Source of the DNA: an uncultured Chroococcidiopsis sp.
GTDB lineage: Bacteria; Cyanobacteriota; Cyanobacteriia; Cyanobacteriales; Chroococcidiopsidaceae
DNA: 38,024 nucleotides
Assembly (NCBI GenBank): GCA_964248365.1
Contig: CAXTYC010000041.1
Location: forward strand, 1-38,024
Direction of reading: 5' to 3'
Positions 1-11,518 of the stretch are shown here, one piece after another. How positions within the stretch are numbered: position 1 is the stretch's first letter; the number at the start of each line of letters is the position of its first letter. The notes under the pieces were generated by a model. The model was not told where the DNA came from. It was given only the letters and a program-made list of their open reading frames with translations, and did no database searches. Both the position numbers and the translations under genes were made by a program.

Positions 1-2179
1 AATTGGGAGCTTCAAATAGCTCTAAATCTGATTCAGTTTCTCTTGTGCTAAATAAGTCTGCACTGCTTGAGTCTAGACTAAAATCCAGTTCCTCGCTTGT
101 TAAGTCAAATTCTGCCATTAGATTAGCAGTATTCTCGACACCTGGAGCGTCAGCCGGAGCCTCAAATAGCTCTAAGTTTGATTCAGTTTCTCTTGTGCTA
201 AATAAGTCTGCACTAGTGGAGTCTAGACTAAAATCCAATTCCTCGCCAGTATCGTCAAATCCTGCTATTAGCTCAGCACTATTCTCAACACTTGGAACGG
301 AAGCTAGAGCTTCAAACAGCTCTAAATTTGATTCAGTTTCTCTTGTGTTAAATAAGTCTGTGCTGCTAGAGTCTAGACTAAAATCCAATTCCACACCCAG
401 AGCGTCAGCTGGAGTTTCAAATAGCTCTAAATTTGATTCAGTTTCTGCAATCATACTGCTGAATAAATCGCTGGCGCTAGGAGTAAGGCTCGATTCGACA
501 TCAGTAGTAATTTCAGGTGCAGGTGTTGGTGTTGCATATACTGGTGCATCTAAAAAATCATTAGAGTCACTTGATAAAGTGCATTCCAATACTGTAGTCA
601 AATCGGTTGGCTCAACAAACCAATTGTCATCAAGTTTCTGTTTTGGTTCGCTGCTATTGCTCAAAGCAAAGTCAATGTGGCTATCTACATCATTGTTCGT
701 GTCTAAGGGAACAGGGGGGAGTGCGAACGATTCTTCCTCTGAAGCAAACAAATCATCTGTACCCAAGGGGAAAGAAAATTCTTTTATGTCCAACTCAATT
801 TGAGTTGTTGTGTCAGGTTCCTCTGCCCACAAACTGCTCAAATCAGAGTTTTCTGCTGTTGCCATCGTAGATACTTCTAACAAGTCAAGATTTTTTAAAT
901 CTGCTTCTGGAGCTTTAAACAAATCACAGAATGCAGGCTCTACCTCTATTAAGTCTAGTGATGTGTCTTGAGCCTCGTCAAATAAACTGTTAAGTGCCAA
1001 AGTCTCTTCAGAGGAGATTTGGGGTAAATCGTCTTTTGAATGCTTAATTAGACTGTTTTCTAACTCATCTTCTATATTGAAGTCTAATAGATCTGAATCT
1101 TGCCAATCTTGGTTATTGTCATTTGAATTGAAAGTAAATAAACTACTTAAGTTATCTTCTGCTGCCCAATCGGTGATTTGTTCTTCTGTAGTTAACTGGG
1201 CAACATTTACTAAAAATTCTGACTCAACCGAGTTGTGTTCTGTGTTACTAAGACGTTGTGTTGTTTGTTGCTGGGCGACTTCTATTGTCTCGGTTAGTTG
1301 TTTATCTTGAGACTCAAAGTTAGTGCTTGTGTCTTCCCCATCGGATAAGAAAGTCTTTAAGGAGAGTGCTTGTAGTTGTTCGCAGGTTGCGATCGCATCT
1401 GCACGGGAGGCTAAAACTAATTCCTGTGCCTGTTTGATTTCCTTAATCACAATTGGGGCTAGAATGCGATAGGTATTGTCTAAATTAGCGATCGCGTAGG
1501 CTGCCGTTTCACACAAGGTACACCAGCCAGACAAGTTAAATTGTTCGCCCAGTTGTGCTAGCTGATTACACAATTGGTCTAGTTGTTGACGTGTTTGAGG
1601 TGTTTCTGCTTGCTTGAACAGCTGTAACATCTGCCGCAGTATTTCCGGCACACTGTTTTGAAACACTGACACCTGTGAGGCTGTGGTTGCTGGTGCTACT
1701 TGCTTTAATGTTGGAGCAGCAAAGGATTCCTCTAGCTGCATAGTACCACCAGCTTGATGCATTTGTGATTCCAGATGTTGCTCAAGAGTGGCAAACACTG
1801 GCTCCACTTCTGACATCAGACGATCGGCTACATCTTCTGTCAAGCCTGATTCACTCTGAAGGTGATCTAATAGCGCCTGCAAATTATCAAACATTCGCAG
1901 GAACAAAGACTCAATAGTTTGGTCAATTTGAATTGACTGACACTCCTTCAGAACTTTGAAAAAGTCCTCCAAACGGTGAGCCGTGCGCTGGATGCTATTA
2001 AGTCCCAGCATTGCCGCTCCGCCTTTAATCGAATGCGCTGCTCGGAAAATTTCGTTCACCATTTCCGAGTCTTTGAGTGTGTTTTGCAGATCTAGCAAAC
2101 CCTGCTCAATCGTACTTAAGTGATCTCTAGCTTCCTCAATGAAGTAGCCCAGAATTCGCTGCTGTTGTTCTGGTAACAT
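1..2179 (-). CDS. hmpE: CheA-like hybrid histidine kinase HmpE/PilL, N-terminal part (runs off the window start)
   Basis: Not in the ORF track. Manual translation from ATG at 2179 gives MLPEQQQRILGYFIEEARDHLSTIEQGLL...EIFRAAHSIKGGAAMLG (Hpt domain) followed by a long acidic linker. The frame is consistent with the repeats near position 5, and the gene lies directly downstream of the MCP. Confidence 0.9.
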   Translation of the reverse strand, partial: MLPEQQQRILGYFIEEARDHLSTIEQGLLDLQNTLKDSEMVNEIFRAAHSIKGGAAMLGLNSIQRTAHRLEDFFKVLKECQSIQIDQTIESLFLRMFDNLQALLDHLQSESGLTEDVADRLMSEVEPVFATLEQHLESQMHQAGGTMQLEESFAAPTLKQVAPATTASQVSVFQNSVPEILRQMLQLFKQAETPQTRQQLDQLCNQLAQLGEQFNLSGWCTLCETAAYAIANLDNTYRILAPIVIKEIKQAQELVLASRADAIATCEQLQALSLKTFLSDGEDTSTNFESQDKQLTETIEVAQQQTTQRLSNTEHNSVESEFLVNVAQLTTEEQITDWAAEDNLSSLFTFNSNDNNQDWQDSDLLDFNIEDELENSLIKHSKDDLPQISSEETLALNSLFDEAQDTSLDLIEVEPAFCDLFKAPEADLKNLDLLEVSTMATAENSDLSSLWAEEPDTTTQIELDIKEFSFPLGTDDLFASEEESFALPPVPLDTNNDVDSHIDFALSNSSEPKQKLDDNWFVEPTDLTTVLECTLSSDSNDFLDAPVYATPTPAPEITTDVESSLTPSASDLFSSMIAETESNLELFETPADALGVELDFSLDSSSTDLFNTRETESNLELFEALASVPSVENSAELIAGFDDTGEELDFSLDSTSADLFSTRETESNLELFEAPADAPGVENTANLMAEFDLTSEELDFSLDSSSADLFSTRETESDLELFEAPN
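7..447 (-). repeat. Intragenic 150-bp (50-aa) tandem repeat in the CheA linker
   Basis: Units beginning GAGCTTCAAATAGCTCTAAAT.. recur at about 7, 157 and 307, with a partial copy at about 411. On the minus strand they encode ELDFSLDSSSADLFSTRETESDLELFEAP-like blocks. Confidence 0.85.
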
Positions 2180-2189
2180 AGTAATAGTG

Positions 2190-2300
2190 TTGAGTTTTGA
2201 GTTCTAAGTTTTGAGGTAAGAGAATTCGTTTTGAGTGCAGAAATAATGTTGAGTTTTGAGGTAAGAGAATTAGTTTTGAGTTCTAAATTGTTTGAGCAAC
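2190..2300. repeat. Short tandem heptamer-like repeats (GAGTTTT/TTTTGAG), STRR type
   Basis: Repeated TTGAGTTTTGAG and GTTTTGAGGTAAGAGAATT blocks between the MCP and CheA genes. Confidence 0.7.
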
Positions 2301-2464
2301 TCAAGACTTGGTATTAAATAAGAAATCAAATTAACCTTGGCAATTTCATTTCTACTCTTGAACTCAAAACAAAGGTAGGGTTGGCTTGAAAAGACTCACC
2401 TTTGCGATCGCCTTTGACATTTGTCATTTGTGCAAACCCGCTCCTATATCTCAAACGCTGGCTT

Positions 2465-5206
2465 TTACACTCGGAAGCGCTCGACTGAGGTGAGCAATTC
2501 ACCCGCTACCTGCACTAAGTTTTGCAGGGAGCCGGAAACGCGCACTGCTTCCTGAGAGGTTTCTTGGGCTGTTAGCTCGACTGACTGCACTACAGATGCT
2601 ACAGAACGAGATGTTTCAGTCTGTTGCACCGTGTCAGCAGTAATTGACCCTACAAGAGTATCGATCCGATCTGATACTTGTACAATATCTTCTAGCGCTC
2701 GCTTGGCTTGTTCGGCTAGCTTGGTTCCTTGAATAACCTGCTGAGTGCCTTCCTCCATTGCAGTCATTACCGAACCTGTTTCGCTTTGAATTTGCCGCAC
2801 AATTTGTTCGATTTCTTTGAGTGCCTTGGCAACCCTATCTGCTAGCTGACGCACTTCGTCTGCTACGATCGCAAAACCCCGACCTGATTCTCCAGCTCTT
2901 GCCGCCTCAATACTGGCATTGAGTGCTAACATATTCGTCCGCGAAGCAATTTGAGAAATCAGTGCTACGATCTTGGAGATTTCTTGACTCGATTCTGCTA
3001 GACGCTTCACTTTACGAGTTGTTTCCGCCACAGTTTGGCGAATTTCCAAAATACCTGCTACAGTTCGCTCTACTGCTTCACCGCCTTTCTTGGCAGTGTC
3101 TGAGGCTGATTGAGCAACAGATTCAGCTTCCCGTGCTGATTCGGCTACCCTTTGAATTGCATCCGTTAGCACCTGTACAGAATTTAGCGTTACAGCCAGT
3201 TCCTCTGCTTGGTGCAAGGCATCTTGAGACAAAGCACGAGCAAATGTTTCATTTTCGGTTGAGCCTTGACTTACTTGACGTGCTGCTAGCTTCACTTGCT
3301 GCACAATTTCGCGCAGGTTTTGAATTGTCAAGTTAAACGAGTCAGCAACTGCCCCTAAAACGTCAGCTGTGACTTCAGCTTGCACTGTCAAATCTCCCCT
3401 AGCTGCTCCTTCTACATCATCCAGCAGCCGAATCACTTGACGTTGCAATTCTTCTTTGGCTTGTTCCTGCTCTTGTGCCTTGCGTTGTGTATCCAGGGTA
3501 GTCTGGGAAATGCCTTGCAGCATTTGATTAAACTCAGAGGCTAGAAGACCAAATTCATCTTCTGAATAAACTGTAGCTTGAGCATCAAAATTGCCTGTTC
3601 GCACAGCTGAAAATTGAGTTCTCAGATCCATTGTGGTTTGTTGGATCTGTTTGGTTGTCATTCGCCCCAGAAAGCGCGAGGTGGCAAAACCCGCCGCACC
3701 TGCTGCTACAGCCGTTGCCAAACTTGTAGGAAAGGCTTTATTGTCTTTTTGAATTAAACAGCCGCCTAAGCCAAGTACTGCTACAACTAGGGCAGAGCTA
3801 ATTCCCACAGCACTAGCGGTGAGCCATTGCTTTTTTGCTAGGGAGGCTTGTTCAAACTGTGCTAGTAAGCTATTGTTACTAGTACTATTTACCTTGCTAT
3901 TAGAGCTATCTTGAGACAAGGTAGATTTTTGTGCTGGGGCAAAACTGGAAAGAGTAAATTCTTCACCTTTGCGATCGCTATCGTTACCGCTTTTTGCTTC
4001 AGACAGGTCAGGCAGTGACCCATTAGATGGTATAGGAGAAGACAGCATTCCTGAATCCATTAATTGAGCAGTTGCTTGTGGTAGCTCAAATTCTTCTATA
4101 AAATCAATGTTGCTTGACTGACTCACTTCGGCTTGGTTCACCTCTTCCTGAAAAGTATTTGCTGCTGACTGCGAACTGAAGTGTTCAAACTTATTCAAGT
4201 GGGCATCATTTTGGTTATAGAATCCATTAGTATCGTTAGACCGAGCTAAATCAGTACCCTCTTGGCTATGAAATCCATTCTCTTCGGCTTTTTCGGTCGG
4301 TGTAAAATCAACCTGCTCTGAGTGTGTTGGTGGATGCTGCTGTGTCGTCGAGTAACCCAAATCTTCTGTGTTTGCTTTTGGCTTGAACTTTGCTGCTGAA
4401 ATTAATAGGGTTACATCGTCTAGGTCGGGTATATCTGAGTGTAACCACTGATTTAACCCAGATGATGAAAATTCACTCTCTTCCAGACTCGTATCACGAG
4501 AATCACTTGCAAAGTGAGAATTGAAGTCAGTAACTTCCTCAAAAGAGTAGTTGAAATTACCATCAGTCGTTTTAAAACCGTGAGTTTGGCTTTGTTCAAC
4601 TAAATCCGTACCATAATCATATTCACTGCCATCGGGTGCTTGAGTGTTTTCTGGTTGCTTCAGGTTAAAAGGGTCTACTAACGGTGATAAATATTCCTCT
4701 GCGCTAGTGTAATGGCTACTAGCGTTGCTTTCCTGGTAAGTATTACCAAATGGCTGCTCTAATTCAAAAGCTGGTTCTGAACTATTGGAAGCAAAATTTG
4801 CCTGATGATACCAATCTTCTGGATTTTCTTGCTCTTTTGCTAAATGATCGAGTGGTGGAGAATCAGCCGTTAGTAAAAAATTATCCTCCGCCGCGCTATT
4901 TTGAAGCATCCCACTAGCTAATTGGTCAGAGCTTTCATACTGATTTACAGACTCCAAACCATTTTTGGCGCAATCAATTAGTTCTATATCTTCTGTAAAT
5001 TGCAGTACTAATTGATACTGTTCCCGTGCTGTTTCATACTGTCGGAGAACACAGTAAATGTGACCCCGCAAAAGGCGACAATTAGGATCGTTTGGCAAAT
5101 CTTGGACTAACTTGTCAATCAAGATTGCCGCCTCTTGGTAGTTACCCTGAATATAAGCCTTTTGAGCTTGTTGATATTCCTGATCGTGATTGATACTTGA
5201 TGTCAT
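2465..5206 (-). CDS. hmpD: Methyl-accepting chemotaxis protein HmpD/PilJ (N-terminal TPR, two hydrophobic segments, HAMP, MCP signalling domain)
   Basis: TPR-like N-terminus, [37 protein letters not shown] hairpin, and operon context. Confidence 0.93.
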   Translation of the reverse strand: MTSSINHDQEYQQAQKAYIQGNYQEAAILIDKLVQDLPNDPNCRLLRGHIYCVLRQYETAREQYQLVLQFTEDIELIDCAKNGLESVNQYESSDQLASGMLQNSAAEDNFLLTADSPPLDHLAKEQENPEDWYHQANFASNSSEPAFELEQPFGNTYQESNASSHYTSAEEYLSPLVDPFNLKQPENTQAPDGSEYDYGTDLVEQSQTHGFKTTDGNFNYSFEEVTDFNSHFASDSRDTSLEESEFSSSGLNQWLHSDIPDLDDVTLLISAAKFKPKANTEDLGYSTTQQHPPTHSEQVDFTPTEKAEENGFHSQEGTDLARSNDTNGFYNQNDAHLNKFEHFSSQSAANTFQEEVNQAEVSQSSNIDFIEEFELPQATAQLMDSGMLSSPIPSNGSLPDLSEAKSGNDSDRKGEEFTLSSFAPAQKSTLSQDSSNSKVNSTSNNSLLAQFEQASLAKKQWLTASAVGISSALVVAVLGLGGCLIQKDNKAFPTSLATAVAAGAAGFATSRFLGRMTTKQIQQTTMDLRTQFSAVRTGNFDAQATVYSEDEFGLLASEFNQMLQGISQTTLDTQRKAQEQEQAKEELQRQVIRLLDDVEGAARGDLTVQAEVTADVLGAVADSFNLTIQNLREIVQQVKLAARQVSQGSTENETFARALSQDALHQAEELAVTLNSVQVLTDAIQRVAESAREAESVAQSASDTAKKGGEAVERTVAGILEIRQTVAETTRKVKRLAESSQEISKIVALISQIASRTNMLALNASIEAARAGESGRGFAIVADEVRQLADRVAKALKEIEQIVRQIQSETGSVMTAMEEGTQQVIQGTKLAEQAKRALEDIVQVSDRIDTLVGSITADTVQQTETSRSVASVVQSVELTAQETSQEAVRVSGSLQNLVQVAGELLTSVERFRV

Positions 5207-5230
5207 TTGCTGCCTCTGCTTGCCTTGATT

Positions 5231-5761
5231 TCATGCTGCCCAACGCTCACTTTGAACAATTGCCTTTTGATCGAGCAGTCGAAGATACTGATGGGTATGC
5301 TCATTTAAAACCCACTCACCACGAATAAATGGTGTCATTATGTCCGAAGCTTGATTTAGCTGTTGCAATCCTTCTACATTGAGCCATTCCATATTGATGA
5401 TTTGGTCAACAGCCAACCCAAGTAATATTTCTTGATCTTCGACGGCAATTACTGAAATCTCTGATCTATCAGTATTTAATGCTGTTGGTTCTCCTAGTAA
5501 TTGACCAAGATCAGCTACCCAAATCACTCGTCCTCGTAAATTTAGAGTACCCAAAAGTAAAGGAGAAACATTGGGAATTGGGGTAATTCGGTCGAGAGGA
5601 GTCGAAATCACCTCTCGGATTGCTACTGCTGGTAGTGCCAACTCCTGACCAGGAGTAACGTAAAAACGCAGGTGCAATTCACCTTCTCGAATTTCTAATT
5701 GCTGAAATTGATGTGCAGCTTGAACTTGTTCGGTAACGACTGACAAGTCCAGATTTACCAT
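5231..5761 (-). CDS. hmpC: CheW-like protein HmpC/PilI
   Basis: ITPIPNVSPLLLGTLNLRGRVIWVADL CheW motif. Confidence 0.92.
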   Translation of the reverse strand: MVNLDLSVVTEQVQAAHQFQQLEIREGELHLRFYVTPGQELALPAVAIREVISTPLDRITPIPNVSPLLLGTLNLRGRVIWVADLGQLLGEPTALNTDRSEISVIAVEDQEILLGLAVDQIINMEWLNVEGLQQLNQASDIMTPFIRGEWVLNEHTHQYLRLLDQKAIVQSERWAA

Positions 5762-5772
5762 TGCATTCTCCC

Positions 5773-6138
5773 TTATCCTTTTAGTAATTGTTTGACTGTT
5801 GCCACCAATTCTTTCGGCTGAAACGGTTTGACAACATAAGCGTCTGCGCCTTGCTTCATGCCCCAGTAGCGATCAAATTCTTCCCCTTTGGAAGAACACA
5901 TTACTACTGGTACATTTTGGGTTTTTGGATCGGTTTTTAGCTTTCGGCAAACCTCATAACCGTTCATTTTGGGCATGACAATATCCAGCACAACTAAATC
6001 GGGGCAAGACAGCTCCATATGCTGCAAAGCCTCCATACCATCGTTGACTGCCGTAACTGTCAACCCACTGCTTTTTAGGGCATCTATAATTAGTTCCCGT
6101 TGAGTGGGACTATCATCCACGACCAGCACTGTACTCAT
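5773..6138 (-). CDS. hmpB: CheY-like response regulator HmpB/PilH
   Basis: Single receiver domain (VLVVDDS, DLVVLDIVMP, KPF). GGAGG RBS upstream. Confidence 0.93.
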   Translation of the reverse strand: MSTVLVVDDSPTQRELIIDALKSSGLTVTAVNDGMEALQHMELSCPDLVVLDIVMPKMNGYEVCRKLKTDPKTQNVPVVMCSSKGEEFDRYWGMKQGADAYVVKPFQPKELVATVKQLLKG

Positions 6139-6665
6139 AACTTTTATCTGCCTCCTGGGTTAAACGTTCCTATTTGAGGGAACGACCACTATGGTTAACA
6201 TATAATCTTTATCAATTGAGTAAACTTAATTATTTACTAATCGATTCAAAGCTACCAATGTGGTATAAGCTGATTGTGTGATAGTAATTTCAGTTTCTAT
6301 TTGAGCTTGCATAAAGTAATAAAGATTAAATTTTGCAATCAAACAAGTGTGGTAAAGCTAAAAGGCTAGTTGAAATTATGGAAATTCATTGCGTAAGACT
6401 CGGTTTAAAATGTCCTTTATAAGAAGACTAGCGACACATACGCCGTAAATTATCAAAAGTGAATTGAATTCCTTAAGCTTAAAGATCAATTGCCTTAGTA
6501 GCTGAATTTTTCAGGTAGCCTTACTAAAAAACTACAAAATCAACTTAACGCTACCTTTGTTATATGTCCAAGCGAAGATCCACTGAGAAAGGAGTCGAGT
6601 TTAAATGGTATTTTTGTTTTTCTTCAGTGGATGTACAGAGGTGAATGAAGATACCTTATGCTTTA

Positions 6666-7901
6666 TTAAGAAGCTATTACAAGCTCCTGTTTAGCAAAAT
6701 TATTGTGGCACAGATGCAAATGTTTCTCTACTAACATTAATAACTCGTTATCTGCAAATGGTTTAGTTAGGTAATCTGTTGCTCCTACCATTCTGGCTTT
6801 GACTCGATCAATGAATTGATCTTTACCTGTTAGCATGACAATTGGTGTCTGACGAAATTTGCTTGCGTGGCGTAGCATGGCACAAAGCTCATAGCCGTCT
6901 AGTTCTGGCATGGCAATATCACATAGGATTAAATCTGGTTTGAGCTGAAAGACAAGGTTGAACGCTTGAAGGGGATTAGTACAACCAACAGCGTCGTAAC
7001 CCTGAAGCTTGAGAATAGACTCTATAGCTTCACAAATGGCGATCGCATCGTCAATGCAAACAATCCGAGGAATCCCTGTATTCAAAGGTTGCAAGATGGG
7101 GGGAGAATCGCAAGTAGAAACCATAGCTGGGTTGAGCATTTGAATCCAGCCTTGTTTGACAAAGGGATATATTGCTCTACCAACAGATAAAATATCTCGA
7201 TTCAGATAACGAGATAATTGGCGAAGTGAGGTTTTGCCATCTATCCAAAGCTTGAGATGGTTGAAAGTAGCTGTTGGTAAGACTTGGCGTAAACTCATAT
7301 AGTTGGCGATCGCAAGACACTGATTGGGAGATTGAATATGTGGATGTAATTGCTTCCACATTTGCACTTGCTGCATAATTTTCTTCATCAACGAACCGAT
7401 CTCCAAAGTGGTTAATCGGGGTGACAGGGCAGAACCATGCTCAAAGATGAACGATCCTTGGTGTAAGCCCAGCAGATCGAAGAGTGTTTCATGCACAATG
7501 CTTTGGATGATACTGCGACCTTGATCTGGGGTGAGAATATGGTGTTCAAGCAGCGCCCAGAGGTAGGTATATTCAGGAGCATTTTGAGTAGCTACCGATG
7601 GGAGTGGTAGGCGATCGAGACGTGTTTCTAAACGATAACGACGTAGGTAGTCGCGCAGACGGGATAAGCTGCTGTCACTATCAGTGACATAAATAATTTG
7701 ACCATTAAGGAAAAATATAAACCAGGACTGTTGTTTCTGGAATTGGAAGTTACCAGGGGTAAAGCGGGGATTTTCAGCCGAGCTTGTGATACTAACAGCG
7801 GGTTGACTGTAGGCTTCGACATAAAGTTCGCCTGTGCGCTGTCCCAATTCAATCAGCTGGAGAATACTGCGAATATCGATTTCATTTAAGTTGCCTTGCA
7901 T
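6666..7901 (-). CDS. hmpA: PatA-family response regulator HmpA/PilG
   Basis: MQGNLNEIDIRSILQLIELGQRTGEL N-terminal PATAN/DUF4388-type region plus a C-terminal receiver domain. First gene of the cluster. Confidence 0.9.
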   Translation of the reverse strand: MQGNLNEIDIRSILQLIELGQRTGELYVEAYSQPAVSITSSAENPRFTPGNFQFQKQQSWFIFFLNGQIIYVTDSDSSLSRLRDYLRRYRLETRLDRLPLPSVATQNAPEYTYLWALLEHHILTPDQGRSIIQSIVHETLFDLLGLHQGSFIFEHGSALSPRLTTLEIGSLMKKIMQQVQMWKQLHPHIQSPNQCLAIANYMSLRQVLPTATFNHLKLWIDGKTSLRQLSRYLNRDILSVGRAIYPFVKQGWIQMLNPAMVSTCDSPPILQPLNTGIPRIVCIDDAIAICEAIESILKLQGYDAVGCTNPLQAFNLVFQLKPDLILCDIAMPELDGYELCAMLRHASKFRQTPIVMLTGKDQFIDRVKARMVGATDYLTKPFADNELLMLVEKHLHLCHNNFAKQELVIAS

Positions 7902-8332
7902 TTAACTTATAATGCTCCTATAAGATCTGTGTGTGTCTCTGTTGTTAATCTTTCCCCCAGTTTTTTCCAATCTCTCAGATCGCTTGGTCATTTATCATTG
8001 GTCAGTGGGAGCAGGTTTAATTCCTTTATCTGTCATCTCAACAGTCATGTTTGTAAAACCCGCCCGTACAAGCGATCAGTTGCAAAGAACAAAAGGACAA
8101 AGGACAACTCGTATTTGTAACTACTTATAAAAATGGCAGACTTGATGAGTTAAGCAATAACTCGGAAGTGATTACGGCTGTACTCAGTCCACAATAGAGT
8201 TCGGATAGTTATACCTGTGGAGTGTACTTAAATAAAGTTTAAGCTAAATGAAGTTTTATCCATTTGGATTAAACCGTGATAATAAGGATATTTCCAGGTT
8301 TAGGCATTAGGTAAATCAAGAGGGCGATCAGT

Positions 8333-9919
8333 GTGTTGTATCTAGCAGAAGTACAAAAGCAGAAAACGTTTATAGGTACACCCAAGACAGAAATTAAGCT
8401 GCTGGCTTTTCAGCGGGCTGACTCTAGTTGGAATCCTGTACAGCCAGAAGAAGTAATTCCGGCTGAGGAAGCCAATAATTTTAATGCTGGGGCGCTGGTA
8501 CTAGCTGATTTAAATGCCAATCGACAAGTGCAACGGGTTCAGGAAGCTGGGCGACCTTTGGTTAGTATGTTGCAAACTTTCTCCCGTCACTTGGAAAAAG
8601 CTAAAAGTCAGGAAGACGAAATTGAACAGTGGAAAGAATCTCTGAGATTTCAGAGTGAGGAAATGAGCCGCCGCCACATGGAAATGGAGGCGCGATTAGA
8701 ACAGCTCGAGCAAATTGAAGAGGAATATAAGCAGCTACAAAGTAATCCGCCGCAGCCTGGTTTAGATGAGACGACACTCAGCCAAGTTGAAGAATTACTT
8801 GAACGCTTGTCACAAGGTACGCCTACAGCATCTGTGCGACAGGAGCTAAATTTTGCTTTGGAAATGGTAGAAACTGGGCAAGCTACTCTAAATCCACATT
8901 GGCAAAAACTAGGGGAACAGAAGCACTCCACCGACGAGCAGCAGTCAGAAGTCGATCGCCAAGCCTTGATACTGCAAACTAGTAAACAAGAGTGGCAACA
9001 GGCACAAAAGGCTCTGGAGCAAGACAAAGTAGCTTTACAGGTGCAAATTGCTGAACTTAAAAGCAAGCAAGATTATGCTCAGAGCTTAAGTATACAACTA
9101 CGTAACCAGGAAGATTTATATCAGCAGCTTTACCGTCTGATTCAGCCTGTTGATGAGATACTTTTCGTCGAGCAAGTTGATTTAGAAGCACTGGAGAAGA
9201 TGTCTTTAGAGCAGTTGCAGCAAGTTGTGCAACAGTTGCATCGAGATTGGGAAAATGCTTCTCGGTTTGTGCATGAGCAGGAAGAAGAGCTAGTGTTGAA
9301 GCAACAGACAATTGATGAACTGCAAGAGGCGTTAAGCAAGGCAAATGAACACGATCGCACTAGTATAGAAGCAGAACTTGCCGACGAGCGAGACAGCTAC
9401 GAATTTCTGCATCAAACATTGGTTGGTCAACGCCAAAATTTGCAAGAGCGCAAAGACACGCTGCGTCAGCATCAATCTATGCTGTGGCAGCGGCAAGGAA
9501 TTAGTATCGGTAATAGACAACAAGACTACAAACTTGATCTTGACCCGATTTTGAGTCAAATTCAGACGCAAAAGCAACAACAAATGCTTGCTCTGAAAAA
9601 GTTGGAGCAGGAGATCAAGCAAATGCGCTCTTGTGTCGACGGGGCACAAGGTAAGCTTGACAATCAGGCTCATGAACAGGAAATGAAGTGGGAACAACTG
9701 CAAACCTGGGAGCAAGAATTGCTGTCTTTACGGGCGGTGACGGCAGAATGCTGGGGACGGGTGAATCTTTATCAAGAGATGCTAAGACCAGTTCAAGATA
9801 GCATTGACGGGCTGCGACAGAAGTTACAGGCGATCGCACTGATGTTGGAAGAACAAGCAACGGGAGATTATCAGGTGGAAGCGATCGCGCAAATTCGTCA
9901 GAAGTTAGTTAAAGCTTAG
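8333..9919 (+). CDS. hmpF: Coiled-coil motility protein HmpF
   Basis: MLYLAEVQKQK N-terminus, long Q/E-rich coiled coil, divergent from hmpA as in Nostoc hmp loci. Confidence 0.88.
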   Translation: MLYLAEVQKQKTFIGTPKTEIKLLAFQRADSSWNPVQPEEVIPAEEANNFNAGALVLADLNANRQVQRVQEAGRPLVSMLQTFSRHLEKAKSQEDEIEQWKESLRFQSEEMSRRHMEMEARLEQLEQIEEEYKQLQSNPPQPGLDETTLSQVEELLERLSQGTPTASVRQELNFALEMVETGQATLNPHWQKLGEQKHSTDEQQSEVDRQALILQTSKQEWQQAQKALEQDKVALQVQIAELKSKQDYAQSLSIQLRNQEDLYQQLYRLIQPVDEILFVEQVDLEALEKMSLEQLQQVVQQLHRDWENASRFVHEQEEELVLKQQTIDELQEALSKANEHDRTSIEAELADERDSYEFLHQTLVGQRQNLQERKDTLRQHQSMLWQRQGISIGNRQQDYKLDLDPILSQIQTQKQQQMLALKKLEQEIKQMRSCVDGAQGKLDNQAHEQEMKWEQLQTWEQELLSLRAVTAECWGRVNLYQEMLRPVQDSIDGLRQKLQAIALMLEEQATGDYQVEAIAQIRQKLVKA

Positions 9920-9961
9920 TTATGTTAGGGTTTCGTGAGTTTTTAAGAATGTATTAAACGA

Positions 9962-9988
9962 ACCGCAAAGGACGCAAAGGACGCAGAG
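9962..9988. repeat. Short 9-mer tandem repeat (CGCAAAGGA) between convergent hmpF and tilS
   Basis: ACCGCAAAGGACGCAAAGGACGCAGAG. Confidence 0.5.
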
Positions 9989-10024
9989 GAAGAATTACAA
10001 AGGGAATGTCGGCTTTTGTCAGGG

Positions 10025-11026
10025 TTATAAATGTTTTAGGCAAATCCAGTCTTTTTCTACACAGGCGAAAGTTTGCCCTGGAAAGGGATCGGTCTGTGAA
10101 CGGTTAGGGGCTGTAATTAGGGCTGTCAGTTTTTCAATATGTTCAAAACTAGGGTTGCAAGGTAGTATCTGTTGCAAGATTTGACGCATGACGCGGCGTT
10201 GCAGGGCGAGTGGCGCTGTTTGCAATACGCGGCGATTGAGTCGTATAGGTAATTGACCAATTGCTACTTGTTGATCTGAAATGACTTGTTGATATAGTTG
10301 ATGGGCAGCTTGTTCTAAATATTGCACTTCTGCTTGTAATAGTTCAGCCGTTTGAGCTAATGTTGACTCGACTTGTGGGTTGAAGTGGTGCAAATAGGGT
10401 ATTAATTCCTGACGAATGCGGTTACGAGCATACTTTAAATCTTGATTTGTGGTATCTTCCCAAACTTTAATATGCATATCTTGGCAAAATTGTCCAGTTT
10501 CAGATCGTGTGATTTCCAAAAGTGGACGGACTAAGACAAGTCCAGCATCAAGGGGGCGTTTCCAAGTGAGGGCTTGCAAGCCATCAGCACCGCTGCCACG
10601 AATTAAGTTGTAAAGTAGAGTTTCGGCGCGATCGCTCAATGTATGACCTGTAACGATGCAGGTGTAACTATTTGTTAATGCGATCGCACTTAAAGCTTGA
10701 TATCTCCATTGTCGCGCTGCTGCTTCACTGGGCAATGAAAGCTCGGCTGTATGACAATAAAATGGGGTTGACTCTTTTTTAGCTAGCTGTTCTACGTAAT
10801 TTGCATTCGCTTGGGAGTCGGAACGCCAACGGTGATTGCAGTGAGCAATTCCTAATTGCCAGCCCCACTTTGATTGTAAATCTAATAGTAATTTGAATAA
10901 GCATAGCGAATCTTGCCCACCGGATACAGCAACGAGTATCCTTTGGTTACGTTCCAATAGCTGACGCGATCGAATTGTACGATGCAGCTTGGCATGAAGA
11001 GGATTCCAGGTGGAGCGGAGCATCAA
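10025..11026 (-). CDS. tilS: tRNA(Ile)-lysidine synthetase
   Basis: VAVSGGQDS PP-loop, TGHTLSDRAETLLYNLIRGSG and YARNRIR motifs. The ATG at 11023 may be the true start. Confidence 0.95.
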   Translation of the reverse strand: MMLRSTWNPLHAKLHRTIRSRQLLERNQRILVAVSGGQDSLCLFKLLLDLQSKWGWQLGIAHCNHRWRSDSQANANYVEQLAKKESTPFYCHTAELSLPSEAAARQWRYQALSAIALTNSYTCIVTGHTLSDRAETLLYNLIRGSGADGLQALTWKRPLDAGLVLVRPLLEITRSETGQFCQDMHIKVWEDTTNQDLKYARNRIRQELIPYLHHFNPQVESTLAQTAELLQAEVQYLEQAAHQLYQQVISDQQVAIGQLPIRLNRRVLQTAPLALQRRVMRQILQQILPCNPSFEHIEKLTALITAPNRSQTDPFPGQTFACVEKDWICLKHL

Positions 11027-11036
11027 TTATCAATTA

Positions 11037-11516
11037 TCAATTATCAATTAAATTAGTGGTTCTGCTGTCACTATACCAAGCTTGATTAATATCTAGAATA
11101 AGAATGGTAAAAGTGTTTTCTTGTTCAGTAAAAATTGCCCCGTAGCTGACTGCTTTGAGCAAATCGTTATTAGCAAAAGAGTGAGGCAAAGCTTGAATGC
11201 TATCTTTGGATAATTCTACTAAATTTGGTGGCTCTTCTACTGGAATTGCACAGATTATTCCTTGATTTACCTGGGCGATTAACAAAAAAGGGGTGTGAGT
11301 GTTTACATCAAGGGTATAATTGCTAGGCAACTTCTGATGTAAATCAAGTAGCGCGATCGCGTGGGAACCTATTTGTACTAATCCCCTAGTGGGTGAATTC
11401 CTATTATTCATAGGAGGATAATTGACCACCTTAAGAACAACAGAAATTGGTAGTGCTAGGAAATAATCAGCAATTTTAAAAACAATGAATTTTCCAAGCG
11501 CATTGGAGTTGTTCAT
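11037..11516 (-). CDS. Second, divergent CheW-like protein of the phototaxis cluster
   Basis: FIVFKIADYFLALPISVVLKVV CheW-like N-terminus. Immediately follows cheA. Confidence 0.75.
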   Translation of the reverse strand: MNNSNALGKFIVFKIADYFLALPISVVLKVVNYPPMNNRNSPTRGLVQIGSHAIALLDLHQKLPSNYTLDVNTHTPFLLIAQVNQGIICAIPVEEPPNLVELSKDSIQALPHSFANNDLLKAVSYGAIFTEQENTFTILILDINQAWYSDSRTTNLIDN

Positions 11517-11518
11517 AG

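Noticed and set aside
3..803. 266-aa plus-strand ORF
   Set aside because: Antisense shadow of the repeat-rich hmpE frame.
2116..2304. 62-aa ORF upstream of hmpE
   Set aside because: Translation of STRR repeats, overlapping the real start in another frame.
6578..6632. Hairpin ATCCACTGA..TCAGTGGAT between hmpA and hmpB as a member of the hairpin family
   Set aside because: Short stem, wrong length, and lacking the outer A/T tracts and loop motif.
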